This document shows, piece by piece, positions 11,601-20,205 of a DNA stretch of 64,000 bases (the stretch's first letter is position 1; each line of letters begins with the position of its first letter). The notes under the pieces are model-generated. The model worked only from the letters and a program-made list of their open reading frames with translations, was not told where the DNA came from and searched no databases. The stretch is from NCBI GenBank assembly GCA_903847405.1, contig CAINDP010000063.1, positions 41,620 through 105,619 of the forward strand. The letters run 5' to 3'. The position numbers were made by a program, and so were the translations under genes. Source of the DNA: an uncultured Myxococcales bacterium (GTDB lineage Bacteria; Myxococcota_A; UBA9042; DTJE01).

Positions 11601-11862
11601 CGGCGGCGACGAAGGCCGCGACTGCCCCCCCGCGGGATCTGGCGCCGGGGGCGATGCCCGCTTCGGAGCCCTCGCCCGCGAGGTCCACCCGGAAGGCGTC
11701 CAGCACCCCGACCATCCAGCGGCTGGTCGCCTCCTGGAAGGACGGCCTGTCCCGCAGGAGTCCCAGTTCCTGGACCCGTTCCTCGAAGCGGCGCAACACG
11801 AGGTCGCGCCGATCCTCCGCGATCGCAGCGATCGGATGCACGATCCGGTCTCCTTCGAACAT
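8623..11862 (-). CDS. cytoplasmic hybrid sensor histidine kinase: N-terminal ~170-aa sensor domain, about four PAS domains, HisKA, HATPase_c and C-terminal receiver
   Basis: H-box HDFNNLL and G-boxes DTGIGM / GTGLGL. C-terminal REC (LVAEDEDAVR ... LLTDVVMPGMNG ... FLPKPF). Repeated PAS blocks with Arg-Lys-rich linkers (ISERKRAEE). No TM helices. Confidence 0.85.
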   Translation of the reverse strand: MFEGDRIVHPIAAIAEDRRDLVLRRFEERVQELGLLRDRPSFQEATSRWMVGVLDAFRVDLAGEGSEAGIAPGARSRGGAVAAFVAAEVRAHRARGVPLEILVGCAQAARDAVRDVLGGAAQESGLLTAEGVRRAVAVLDGVEMVACRAWEDLDQDSRVAKHRAAAREEADERERYQNLVDGLPAAVFVLDGRGQVVLGNRPAADLCGSSVYGWRRPGVRLTIEDLLPEMGTEVEAFLGAGVEESSIERQVMAGGSMRRLQIRMRRRGDGSEGPSGVVMMLSDLTAMARAGDDPSTARAEMGRRVRESSDDVLRLSASLLAEAEGRSRSEQDCRMTASKLEAVFRVVPDLFFHLGVDGRFKEYMGGQEGMLAMSPSDFMGRTVLEVMPPPIGELLAGGIRQAAESRSVVVVEYPMDMSDGEHHYEARLVAIAEDDVVAIVRDDTQRRRAERIIEESEERYRLLVDLSPYGIAVHQDGRIVFANPAALGMFGARTPEDLIGRPIMDVVHSESRDLAREQVESMYRDGITIPPIEERFLRMDGTSVEVEVAAGPTKFKGRPAIQVVVRDISERKRAEENYRSIVDSAVEGIYQCTVDGEIFSANPALARMLGYDGQNSMGADPGFNGMTLHGGAGRWEDFLRAIEGSDAVHGFEFESARVDGRAVWLSENARILRDSDGRGSRIIGMVEDVTQRRDLEQRLRHAQKMEAVGRLAGGIAHDFNNLLTAITGYSALLLDELDRESPLRAKVDEILSAGRRAAALTGQLLVFSRRQVLQPAVLDLNRVVSGMDGLLRRLLGEDVLLHKSLAPELGVVRADEGQLEQVVMNLLVNARDAMPGGGVIALTTSDIEVGVEGENGHGDLPAGRWVMMSVVDTGIGMDAETCSHVFEPFFTTKGPGKGTGLGLAVVYGIVQQSGGRVVVDSEIGRGSTFRVYLPRVEGKAEPLQARQSPKVASGGGETVLVAEDEDAVRGFTVAVLTERGYRVLEARDGFEALDVAGRFGHAIDLLLTDVVMPGMNGRDLARRLLALRPTMRVVFTSGYTDGDAAFLGLAETGSSFLPKPFLPEALAGVVRLQLNRTSP

Positions 11863-11949
11863 TTGCGGGCATGATACCCCAACCGTCGGGCATGCAATAC
11901 CCGTGTTGTGATCACGCCGGAAGGGGTTCGTGCGAGCCCGGGGTGGACC

Positions 11950-12867
11950 CTATTCGACGGGCAGGGGAGCAGGGGCGGGGAACAGGACCCGCTCGGCCAG
12001 GCCGTGCGGGAGGTTCGACGCGTCGATCTGCACCAGGATCACGTCCAGCCAATCCGACGCCTGGATCACCTGGGTCAGGGGATGGCAGGGATCGCCGTCC
12101 GCCCCGACCAGCGCCGGATGGAACTTTTCGGCCAGCAGGTACAGGGCGATCCGATCGCTGGTAACGTCGGGGAACCAACTGCGCTGCATGTACTTCTGGA
12201 ACAGGTGGCAGAACACGGCGCCGTCGATGCCCTTCCCGAAGCGGTCCAGGGACAGTTCCTCCCCGATCTTCAGTTCGATCGCGGACAACCGGCCTTCCTT
12301 GTCCACGCCGACCATGTCGATCCACAACTTCGACGTGGCCCGGTTCCGCTCGGCCAGCGACGTCTTGAACACGCCGGCGGGGAACTGTCGGACCAGGCGA
12401 TGCGGGAACGCGCCCTGCAGGAACTTCTTCGCGTGCTCGCCCACCCACGTCTCGATGGCGGCCTCGGGCGCCGGCTTCGTTCCGGCAGCGCCGCGGTGGA
12501 GGTTCGCCCGGTCATAGGTGAACAGCAGTCCGCTCTTGATGTCGCCCCGGATCTCGGCGGCCTCCTGCACGTAGCGCGCGGATCCGTCCAGGCGGAACTC
12601 GAACCCCGTCATGGAGTCCTGCAGGACCACCAGTCGCATGGCCAGGGTCCGCAACTGGGCCCGGCTGAGCCCCCGGGGCGGCCGAACATCGACGACCCGC
12701 TGGGGCATGTCGTTGTTCAGGATCCAGGAAACACCCCACAGGTCCAGGGGATCCTGCAGCACGGCCGCCTCGTCACGGGGCGTGGCCGGCGGCTGGACGT
12801 ACGACACCTTGAGGACACCGGGGCTGCCGAGAGCGTCGAATCGGATGTTGCTGGGCAGATCGATCAT
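11950..12867 (-). CDS. hypothetical protein with possible PD-(D/E)xK nuclease-like motif
   Basis: ATG at 12867 with a GGGAGGA RBS (MIDLPSNIRF...). The motif WIDMVGVDKEGRLSAIELKIGEE fits the D-x(n)-E-x-K pattern of PD-(D/E)xK folds. No other recognisable domain. Sits 88 nt upstream of the histidine kinase on the same strand. Confidence 0.5.
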   Translation of the reverse strand: MIDLPSNIRFDALGSPGVLKVSYVQPPATPRDEAAVLQDPLDLWGVSWILNNDMPQRVVDVRPPRGLSRAQLRTLAMRLVVLQDSMTGFEFRLDGSARYVQEAAEIRGDIKSGLLFTYDRANLHRGAAGTKPAPEAAIETWVGEHAKKFLQGAFPHRLVRQFPAGVFKTSLAERNRATSKLWIDMVGVDKEGRLSAIELKIGEELSLDRFGKGIDGAVFCHLFQKYMQRSWFPDVTSDRIALYLLAEKFHPALVGADGDPCHPLTQVIQASDWLDVILVQIDASNLPHGLAERVLFPAPAPLPVE

Positions 12868-13165
12868 GACGCGGTGTCCTCCCGGCGGTTGCCCGCCTGT
12901 GTCTTGTCCACCCGAGCCGGTGTACACGAACCTTGACCGGGCCTCGCTCGCGCAAGGCCTTCACATTCTTCTGGTGCGATGGGTGCAAGGGCCCCTGCGA
13001 GGTCCCTGGCTGCGAACTGCCGGGGTTGTCAAGCAGGCTCGGGAATCGCGGGATCGGCTGAAGATGCCGTCCCCGCCCGGACCCGAAGGCCCAGGCGGGA
13101 ACGGCCGGAATCAGGCGCGCCGGACACCGCCGATAGCGTGACCGGAACGCATCGAACCGGTCGGA

Positions 13166-13537
13166 TCAGAAGCGCCGGGGACCGCGATCGCCGCCGCCGC
13201 CGTAGCCGCCGCCGCCGCCGCCGCCGCCGTAACCGCCGCCGCCGCCGCCACCACCGCCGTAACCGCCGCCGCCGCCACCGCCGCGGTCTTCACGCTCGCG
13301 GGGGAAGTCGACCTTGACCGCACGGCCGTCGATGATCTGGCCGTCCATTTCGTCCTTGCACTTCGCCGCGGCTTCTTCCGTGGAGAACGTGACGAAACCG
13401 AAGCCCTTGGAGCGGCCGGTGTCACGATCCATGATGACGCGGACTTCTTCCAGCTGGCCGAAGCGCTCGCACGCATCGCGGAGCACCGAGTCCGTGGTTC
13501 CCCACGCCAGACCACCCATGAACAGCTTGTTCTTCAT
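13166..13537 (-). CDS. glycine-rich RNA-binding protein (single RRM domain with Gly/Tyr-rich tail)
   Basis: ATG at 13537 (MKNKLFMGGLAWGTTD...). RNP1-like KGFGFVTF, RNP2-like LFMGGL, then (G)nY repeats. RBS GGAGTCTGGA. Confidence 0.8.
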   Translation of the reverse strand: MKNKLFMGGLAWGTTDSVLRDACERFGQLEEVRVIMDRDTGRSKGFGFVTFSTEEAAAKCKDEMDGQIIDGRAVKVDFPREREDRGGGGGGGYGGGGGGGGGYGGGGGGGGYGGGGDRGPRRF

Positions 13538-13961
13538 TCCAGACTCCGATTCGCAGGCCATAGAGCCCACACCTGACACACGCCCGATCTCCGGGCACGA
13601 GAGGCCACCGCCACGCGGCGTCCGGCTTTCTCCTGAGACACGGTGCCCTTTCAGTCACCGTTCGTCCAATCCGTGTCATCGGGGCTCATTACGAACCATG
13701 CAGACTCGGTTGCGGAACGACTCTCGGTAGGAGGACCACCTCCGTTCAGGAGCACAGTAGTCCTTCTTTCGGAAGATAGCAAGCAGGGAACACCGGTTCC
13801 GGGATCCCTCGGGGTTTCCCCTAGCGCCTCACAGGCCCTGGGCCCTAGGGCGTCAACGGGCGCACCTCCAATGGATGCATCCCCCCCGATGGGCGACAAA
13901 GACGAAGTAGTCATCGCACTGGGAGACCCCGGGGGACCGGGGGAACAGGGAGGGGGGACAA

Positions 13962-14171
13962 ATGCGCTTCACGGCCCGTTCGACACCCGACATGAGCGCC
14001 TTGACCGACTCGTTCTATTGCCGCTCCAAGCGGAGGGTCATCCAACTGGAAGGCTGCCTGGACGACTACGTGGACGCGAATTCGTTCGAGCGGCGCCGCA
14101 GCGCGTGCTTCCGCTGCCCGATCGGCCGCAGGAACAGGGAGGCGTATGCCGCCTCGGGGGAGTCCGACTGA
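13962..14171 (+). CDS. small Cys-containing hypothetical protein (69 aa), possible zinc ribbon
   Basis: Strong RBS GGGAGGGGGG 4 nt before the ATG. GC3 about 88%, coding-like. Four Cys (C20, C32, C49, C52; CFRC). Confidence 0.35.
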   Translation: MRFTARSTPDMSALTDSFYCRSKRRVIQLEGCLDDYVDANSFERRRSACFRCPIGRRNREAYAASGESD

Positions 14172-14197
14172 CGGGGACCGAGCAAGGAGATCCGATC

Positions 14198-14437
14198 ATG
14201 CAGGAAGATTCGAGGACCGACTCGCCCACGGCGGAAGGCTCCTACCGGCCCGGTGAGTGGGACAACTGTCCCAACGTCACGACCCTCTGCCCGGGGTGCC
14301 TGAAGCCCATCCGGGTCGAACTGGCCGGACTCCACGCCTGCAAATGCACGGACATCCTCTGGAGGCGGCACCCGCTGGCCCGGGGCCCGAATCGTCCCTG
14401 GCAGGTCGTCTTCCTGGACGATCTGCTTCCGAGCTGA
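14198..14437 (+). CDS. small Cys-rich hypothetical protein (79 aa), CxxC ... CxC
   Basis: AAGGAG RBS 8 nt before the ATG. GC3 about 85%. Contains CPGC and CKC. It is the C-terminal part of the 264-aa ORF call, whose upstream portion looks non-coding. Confidence 0.4.
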   Translation: MQEDSRTDSPTAEGSYRPGEWDNCPNVTTLCPGCLKPIRVELAGLHACKCTDILWRRHPLARGPNRPWQVVFLDDLLPS

Positions 14438-14531
14438 GTCCGTTCGCCGGTTTCATCGGGGTGCAGTCCTCCGGGTTTCCGACCCACGGGCCACCACCGA
14501 CGGTTCGTCACTGCCAGGCAGGGAGGCGACT

Positions 14532-16826
14532 ATGCGGCGCGTGTTTCTGGTATTCGCGGTCCTCCTCGTAGGGGTGGCCTGCGACAAGCCCGACCAGATC
14601 TTCAAGACCCTTCCGAAAACCTATGACCCCGTGACCGGGAACGGCCTGGGTCCCATCGCGACCCACTTCACGGGCACGAAGGGGTTCGTGGACGAGTCAC
14701 AGGCGACGATCCCGGTCGTGCCCACCCGCGAGGTGTGCAGCGATGCCGAGGTGGCCGCCACCAACGCCGCGATGGTCAACCAGCCGATCCTCCCGATGAA
14801 GGGGGCCGGCGGCCTGGACATGACCGGTGGAACGGCGTGGACGGGCCTGACCATCGACGATGCGCAGGCCAAGACCGCACTCTGCCAGGCGGGCTACTAC
14901 GGCGACGGCGTCGCCGCGTGGGGCGACAACTACGAGGTGATCGCCTTCTTCGACCCCACGTCCCGGCTGATCGAGGACATCCTGGTGACCCCCGGCTACC
15001 TGGGCACGATCACCGCCGGGGACTATGTCTTCGCCGTGAACGAGCCCATCACGAAGGCCGGCGTGGCGCTGGACCGCGGCGACGGCGGGGAACTGGATCC
15101 GCGGACCGAAACCAGCCTGCGGGAACTGGACCGCGCGCTGATCCGGGCGTTCCGGCCCTCCCTGGACGCCGACCTGGTGGACTGCATCGAGTCCGGGTCG
15201 TGCTACATCATCAGCACCAGCACCACGCCCGTGCTGGTCTTCACCAGCGTCAACCTGTACGTCGTCCTGGAGCCCCAGGAGCAGCGCATCGTGCAGATCG
15301 AGGTGGCCCTGAAGCGGCCCTTCCGCATCGGCGCGGGCGAAATCACGGTGGCGGGCGTGAACCCGACGATCAAGGGGACCGCTGCGGCCGGCATCCCGGA
15401 CTGCAGCGTCACCTACGGCACCACCTGGAAGCACATCCGCGAAAAGTGCCTGGGCGACGATCCGATGGCCATGACCAACGTCCGGGCGGTCATCGGGTAC
15501 GAAAACGTCCTGGTGGAATTCGGCGGCGTGCTGCTGTACTTCGACCGGCCGGGGCTGGCGGTGGATCAGATCCTGCCGATCGCCCCGGTCCCCGAGGACG
15601 GCGACACGGTGTCCATCGTCAGCACCAACGCCGGCTATGAAGGCCTGTTCTCGATGCCCTACTCCGACGTCCTCCGGCTGTACAAGGCCAACCTGGACAC
15701 GCTGATCCGCGCGGAACTGCCGGACCTGCCGGCGGACGCGATGACGGGCGCCGACCTGCTGAGGACGCCGGACGACCCCAAACTGCCCGACGAGGTGAAG
15801 CACTCGTACCCGGACCGACTGCGGCCGGGGGGCATCTACGCGGTGTTCTGCATGCCGGACGAGACCCCCGAGGGGAAGTACGCGGACTGCTTCGCGGATT
15901 CCAGCGGGCGGGCGACCCTGCCGCTGACGTCGTCGCTGCAGGCCATCGTCGGGATGGTGCTGGGCGCCGACGTGACGCCGAAACTGACCAGCCCCAGCCT
16001 GTACGTCCAGCAGTTCGAGCAGGCACTGGCCGAGTATTTCAACGGCGGGCCGATCCTGCCCGAGCAGATCAACCTGGCCCCGGACGCGGGCTCGCCCGAC
16101 CGCATCTACGCCACGATGACGCTGTTCGACGCCGGGGTCCCGTATACGATCAACGTCTACTACGGCGGCAACGACGACCGCCTGCACTTCCTGAACTTCC
16201 AGAAGGGCTCGTCCCGCATGGAGCGCGTGCTGCTGGCCGACGCGGCCCTGCCGACCCCGTACGAGGCGACGCCCTCCGGCGTCTTCACCCTGTTCCACTT
16301 GATCACGTCGCCGCGCCTGGGCCTGGGGGCCGTGGGAACGGTGGCCGTCGATCACGCGGTCGCCGCGACGCGCCGGGCGCTGCTGAACGTGACGATGTCC
16401 GACACGGAAACGCTGCAGGTGCTGGCGCCCTGGACGCCGGCCTCCAGCGTGTCCGGGTACTGGCTGCCCCTGGAGGGCCCCCAGGACCGGTTCAACCCGG
16501 CGGACTGGTTCTCGCTGTCCGGCAACACGATCGGCGCGGGCTTCTACCTGGCGCCCCCCGCACCGGGGTCCGAGGACCGCGAGGTCGTCGCCATCACGGC
16601 CAGCAACTTCTTCGGCACGATCCCGTTCTGCGGCTTCGAGGTGCGCATCGGCGACTACGCGGACGAGCTGCTGGCCGCGATCGAGGGCGCAGGCTACCCG
16701 TGCACGTCGATCGTCCGCCGCAGCACGAACCGCGAGTTCGTCACGTCCATCGCGGACATGGACATGCAGGCCCGGTTGTCCGTGAACAACAACATGGTCG
16801 ACAGCGTGCTCTTCTGGCTGCGCTGA
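14532..16826 (+). CDS. large secreted lipoprotein, function unknown (764 aa)
   Basis: GGGAGG RBS. Signal and lipobox VFAVLLVGVAC. No recognisable catalytic motif. First large gene of a three-gene unit with the metzincin and the outer membrane protein. Confidence 0.6.
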   Translation: MRRVFLVFAVLLVGVACDKPDQIFKTLPKTYDPVTGNGLGPIATHFTGTKGFVDESQATIPVVPTREVCSDAEVAATNAAMVNQPILPMKGAGGLDMTGGTAWTGLTIDDAQAKTALCQAGYYGDGVAAWGDNYEVIAFFDPTSRLIEDILVTPGYLGTITAGDYVFAVNEPITKAGVALDRGDGGELDPRTETSLRELDRALIRAFRPSLDADLVDCIESGSCYIISTSTTPVLVFTSVNLYVVLEPQEQRIVQIEVALKRPFRIGAGEITVAGVNPTIKGTAAAGIPDCSVTYGTTWKHIREKCLGDDPMAMTNVRAVIGYENVLVEFGGVLLYFDRPGLAVDQILPIAPVPEDGDTVSIVSTNAGYEGLFSMPYSDVLRLYKANLDTLIRAELPDLPADAMTGADLLRTPDDPKLPDEVKHSYPDRLRPGGIYAVFCMPDETPEGKYADCFADSSGRATLPLTSSLQAIVGMVLGADVTPKLTSPSLYVQQFEQALAEYFNGGPILPEQINLAPDAGSPDRIYATMTLFDAGVPYTINVYYGGNDDRLHFLNFQKGSSRMERVLLADAALPTPYEATPSGVFTLFHLITSPRLGLGAVGTVAVDHAVAATRRALLNVTMSDTETLQVLAPWTPASSVSGYWLPLEGPQDRFNPADWFSLSGNTIGAGFYLAPPAPGSEDREVVAITASNFFGTIPFCGFEVRIGDYADELLAAIEGAGYPCTSIVRRSTNREFVTSIADMDMQARLSVNNNMVDSVLFWLR

Positions 16827-16843
16827 GGCAGGGAGGAACGACG

Positions 16844-19800
16844 ATGAAGAAGCAGATGGGCATCCTGTTGGCGCTGGGGGCCTGGACGCTGGCGGCATCC
16901 GCCTGCGTGGACCACCGCTCGACGAAGACCGAGCTGTTCAACGAGAACACGTACCTCCGGAAGGAGTTCCTGGTCCGGCCGAACCCGGGGCACACGAACC
17001 CGGCGACCCAGGTCCAGGACGATCGCGGATGGCTGATGGGCCTGACGGTGACCGGCGTCAGCGTGCCGACCGCCATCACCGACATCTTCCCGGGGCTGCA
17101 GTCGGACGTGAAATACGTCCAACTGGCGTTCAGCAAGGACACCCTGCAGATCATCGACGGGATCACCCCCGGGCCGTACACGACCGACGGCAACCTGGTG
17201 GACCCGTCGCAGGCCGCCGACCTGGCGCCCCGGGTCCTGCAGGAGTATGCCGGCACCCACGTGGACCTCCAGTTGCGCAAGAACCTGGACGGCGAGGTCA
17301 CGAACTACCTGGAGGAGAACCGCGAGCGCCCCTGGGAGGACCGGCAGTTCTTCAAGGCGGAACTGAAGGACGGCAGGTTCAACGACCTGTCCAAGCTGTC
17401 CTGGTATGACGACTGGGCCACGTCGCCGGCGATGACGCTGGTGTCGAAGTCCCTGGTGCCCGGCAGCCTGAAATGGGTGGACACGGTCAGCAACGAGTCG
17501 AACATGGGCCCGACCGCCACGGTGGACTGGGCGAAGGGCGACTACATCGAATGGACCGTTCGCCTGGCCTACAAGGTCGATCCCGCCTACGGCAGCCTGA
17601 TGGTGTTCCGCGCCGGCATCGACACGCAGACCGTGGATATCAAGTACTCGCTGTGGCGGCGGCCCGACGCGCCGGCCGGCAAGGAGTACGTGACGCGCCC
17701 CATCGGCGAAAAGGACGCGTACCGCCGGCAGTTCGGCGTCTGGGACTACATCGTCCAGAACTACCAGGACCCGGAATCGGGCTTCATCGGCGCCCGCAGC
17801 CTGCTGTCGCGATTCAACCCGCGGCAGGCCCAGGACTTCTACCTGGTGGACGTGCCGAAGGAGTTCCGGAACGTCTACGACAGCATCCAGGCCAAGACCA
17901 ACGCGCTGTATGAAAAGGCGGGCGTGGAGGCGCGCATCGCCTTCCACGAAAAGGACGAGGGGGGCATCGTCCGCGAGCCCGGCGATCTGCGCTACAGCTT
18001 CGTGTACTGGCACAACAACGCGTTCACGGACATCCCGTGGCTGGGGTACGGGCCCAGTTGGATCGACCCCCGGACCGGCGAAATCATCGGCGCCGTGCTG
18101 AACTTCAACAACTGGCAGGGGCTGCACTGGTACACGCAGGTCGTGGCGGACTACCTGAAGGGAATCGGGAACTCGTTCGCCGAGGGCGCCGGGGCCTGCA
18201 CGCCGGGCGAACTGCGGCCGATCGTCCCCGACGACGTGAAGGCGAACGTCGAAAACACGACGCTGGTGTCCAAGATGACGTCCTACATGGGGCAGGCGCC
18301 CGCGGACTGGGTGGTGCAGCACGACGCGGCCTGGTACGACCAGTACCACATGCTGCTGGGCGACATCCGCTACTTCTACCCGCCGTACCAGACCTACGTG
18401 TACAGCGGGCGCGAGGCGGGCCTGAAGGAACTGCAGGGCGGGAACGCGCGGCTGCTGGAAGGCGAGCGCCAGTTCTGGGACGTGGCCGGCCGCCTGGACC
18501 GGATCCAGAGCCCCACGGGCCACGACGACTTCACCGCGCCCGGGGCCATCGAGGCCGGCGCCGAGTTCATCCGCACGGCGAAGGAGTCGATGCGATCCCA
18601 TGCCGAATACATGGCGAACCGGCGCGTGGCGGCGGGCATCCAGGGCATCGAACTGATGAACCCCGAGATGCTGCTGGAGTCCATCGCGGACATCAGCCAG
18701 CGGTGCAAGGCGGACGGGACCTGGCAGACGTTCGACGAGTGGGAGGACGACATCCGCTGGCGGATCGCGCACCAGACCAGCGTCCACGAACTGGGGCACA
18801 ACATCGGGCTGTACCACAACTTCTACTCCAGCGTGGACCGGCCCAACTACCAGACGTGCACGGGCTGCGTGAACCAGCCCCACGGCAACTCGTCCAGCGT
18901 CATGGACTACGTGCACCACTTCGGCGAAACCAGCGCGGACCTCGGCTGGTATCCCTACGACGTCGCGACGCTGATCTATGCCTACCGCTACGATTCGCAG
19001 GCGGCCGTGAACCTGGAGGCCGACGCGGCCATCATCAAGGTCGTGCACCCGGACTGGCACGACCCGGCGAAGGACCCCGTGGGCGAGGCCGGCGGGCCCG
19101 ACGGCAAGAAGCACCCGGAGCGCAGCTACCTGTATGCGAACGACTACCACGAACCGCTGTCGCCGCTGGTCAAGACCTTCGACCTGGGCACCACGCCCAC
19201 CGAGATGGTCAAGAACGCGGTGATGTACTACGACTGGATGTACAAGTTCCGGAACTTCCGCAGTTATCGCCAGTACTGGGAAACGTGGACCTATGCCGAC
19301 GGCGCCTTCAGCAGCACGTTCCTGCTGCGGCGGATGCTGGAACTGTGGGCCCTGGACTGGGACGCGGACGGCCTGGAAAACAACCTGCGCCTGCTGGGCG
19401 TCGAGGGCGACCGGTTCTTCTTCGACAACGTGCGGGAGGAGTTCGCCAAGGAAATGGGCCAGGCGAACCGGATGGTCGTCAATTTCTACCGGGCCATCCT
19501 GACGCAGTCGAACGGCGAGCGGTCCTATGCGACCACCTACGACTCGTTCTTCGGCGACGTCACGCGCATCGGCATCATCTACGACAAGTTCTACGCGATG
19601 CTGTCGTTCCTGGGCCTGTGGCCGGCGGACTGGTACAACTGGGACGACTACGCGTACCTGGCGTACTACGAAGGCAACCGCGGCAACGCCCAGTGCTACT
19701 CCGATGCCCAGGCCGCCGTCCTCGAGATGCTGGGCGGTTCGTACGACGTGTATCCCTGGTTCCTGCCGCTGGCCGTCGAGGTGTTTGCCCAGGACACGCA

Positions 19801-20182
19801 CAACATCAACTTCGGCGACCAGTCGATGAAGGAGTGGATCGGCTTCCGGTCGTTCGACAACGACCAGGACCTGATCGACTACTTCGGCTTCGACCCGCGC
19901 ACGCAGTGCAACACCCCGGCGGGGATCGAAAGCGACTGCCCCGCCGCGGCCTTCGGCGCCGCCGACGACGGCCACCAGACCTTCCACGACGCGAAGGGCG
20001 GCAAGTGGGCCTACCTGTTCCTGGACGACCGGAACCAGCACCTGTGCGCCAGCGCGGACCTTTCGCCGGTGTCGTACAGGCTGCTGTGGGACTTCAACGA
20101 ATCGGTGAACATCGACCACCGGGCCACGGCCAGCACCTACGACATCAAGTACTACCTGGACTTCTACCGGTACTTCAACTGA
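16844..20182 (+). CDS. secreted zinc metalloprotease lipoprotein (metzincin; resembles DUF4953/DUF5117-type zinc-dependent metalloproteases)
   Basis: In-frame ATG at 16844 (MKKQMGILLALGAWTLAASAC) with GGGAGG 7 nt upstream, starting 18 nt after the upstream stop. HELGHNIGLYHNF gives HExxHxxGxxH, followed by an SVMDY Met-turn. Confidence 0.7.
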   Translation: MKKQMGILLALGAWTLAASACVDHRSTKTELFNENTYLRKEFLVRPNPGHTNPATQVQDDRGWLMGLTVTGVSVPTAITDIFPGLQSDVKYVQLAFSKDTLQIIDGITPGPYTTDGNLVDPSQAADLAPRVLQEYAGTHVDLQLRKNLDGEVTNYLEENRERPWEDRQFFKAELKDGRFNDLSKLSWYDDWATSPAMTLVSKSLVPGSLKWVDTVSNESNMGPTATVDWAKGDYIEWTVRLAYKVDPAYGSLMVFRAGIDTQTVDIKYSLWRRPDAPAGKEYVTRPIGEKDAYRRQFGVWDYIVQNYQDPESGFIGARSLLSRFNPRQAQDFYLVDVPKEFRNVYDSIQAKTNALYEKAGVEARIAFHEKDEGGIVREPGDLRYSFVYWHNNAFTDIPWLGYGPSWIDPRTGEIIGAVLNFNNWQGLHWYTQVVADYLKGIGNSFAEGAGACTPGELRPIVPDDVKANVENTTLVSKMTSYMGQAPADWVVQHDAAWYDQYHMLLGDIRYFYPPYQTYVYSGREAGLKELQGGNARLLEGERQFWDVAGRLDRIQSPTGHDDFTAPGAIEAGAEFIRTAKESMRSHAEYMANRRVAAGIQGIELMNPEMLLESIADISQRCKADGTWQTFDEWEDDIRWRIAHQTSVHELGHNIGLYHNFYSSVDRPNYQTCTGCVNQPHGNSSSVMDYVHHFGETSADLGWYPYDVATLIYAYRYDSQAAVNLEADAAIIKVVHPDWHDPAKDPVGEAGGPDGKKHPERSYLYANDYHEPLSPLVKTFDLGTTPTEMVKNAVMYYDWMYKFRNFRSYRQYWETWTYADGAFSSTFLLRRMLELWALDWDADGLENNLRLLGVEGDRFFFDNVREEFAKEMGQANRMVVNFYRAILTQSNGERSYATTYDSFFGDVTRIGIIYDKFYAMLSFLGLWPADWYNWDDYAYLAYYEGNRGNAQCYSDAQAAVLEMLGGSYDVYPWFLPLAVEVFAQDTHNINFGDQSMKEWIGFRSFDNDQDLIDYFGFDPRTQCNTPAGIESDCPAAAFGAADDGHQTFHDAKGGKWAYLFLDDRNQHLCASADLSPVSYRLLWDFNESVNIDHRATASTYDIKYYLDFYRYFN

Positions 20183-20205
20183 GGCGTCGCTGGCGGAGGC
20201 GTGAC

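Noticed and set aside
8518-11874. 1118-aa plus-strand ORF antisense to the hybrid histidine kinase
   Set aside because: Antisense frame of a gene with unambiguous HisKA/HATPase/REC motifs. Composition His/Arg/Pro/Gly-rich.
13643-14437. 264-aa ORF call spanning the RRM/operon intergenic region
   Set aside because: Only the last 79 codons (from ATG 14198, with an AAGGAG RBS) look coding. The upstream part has poor GC3 and overlaps the better-supported 69-aa ORF in another frame.
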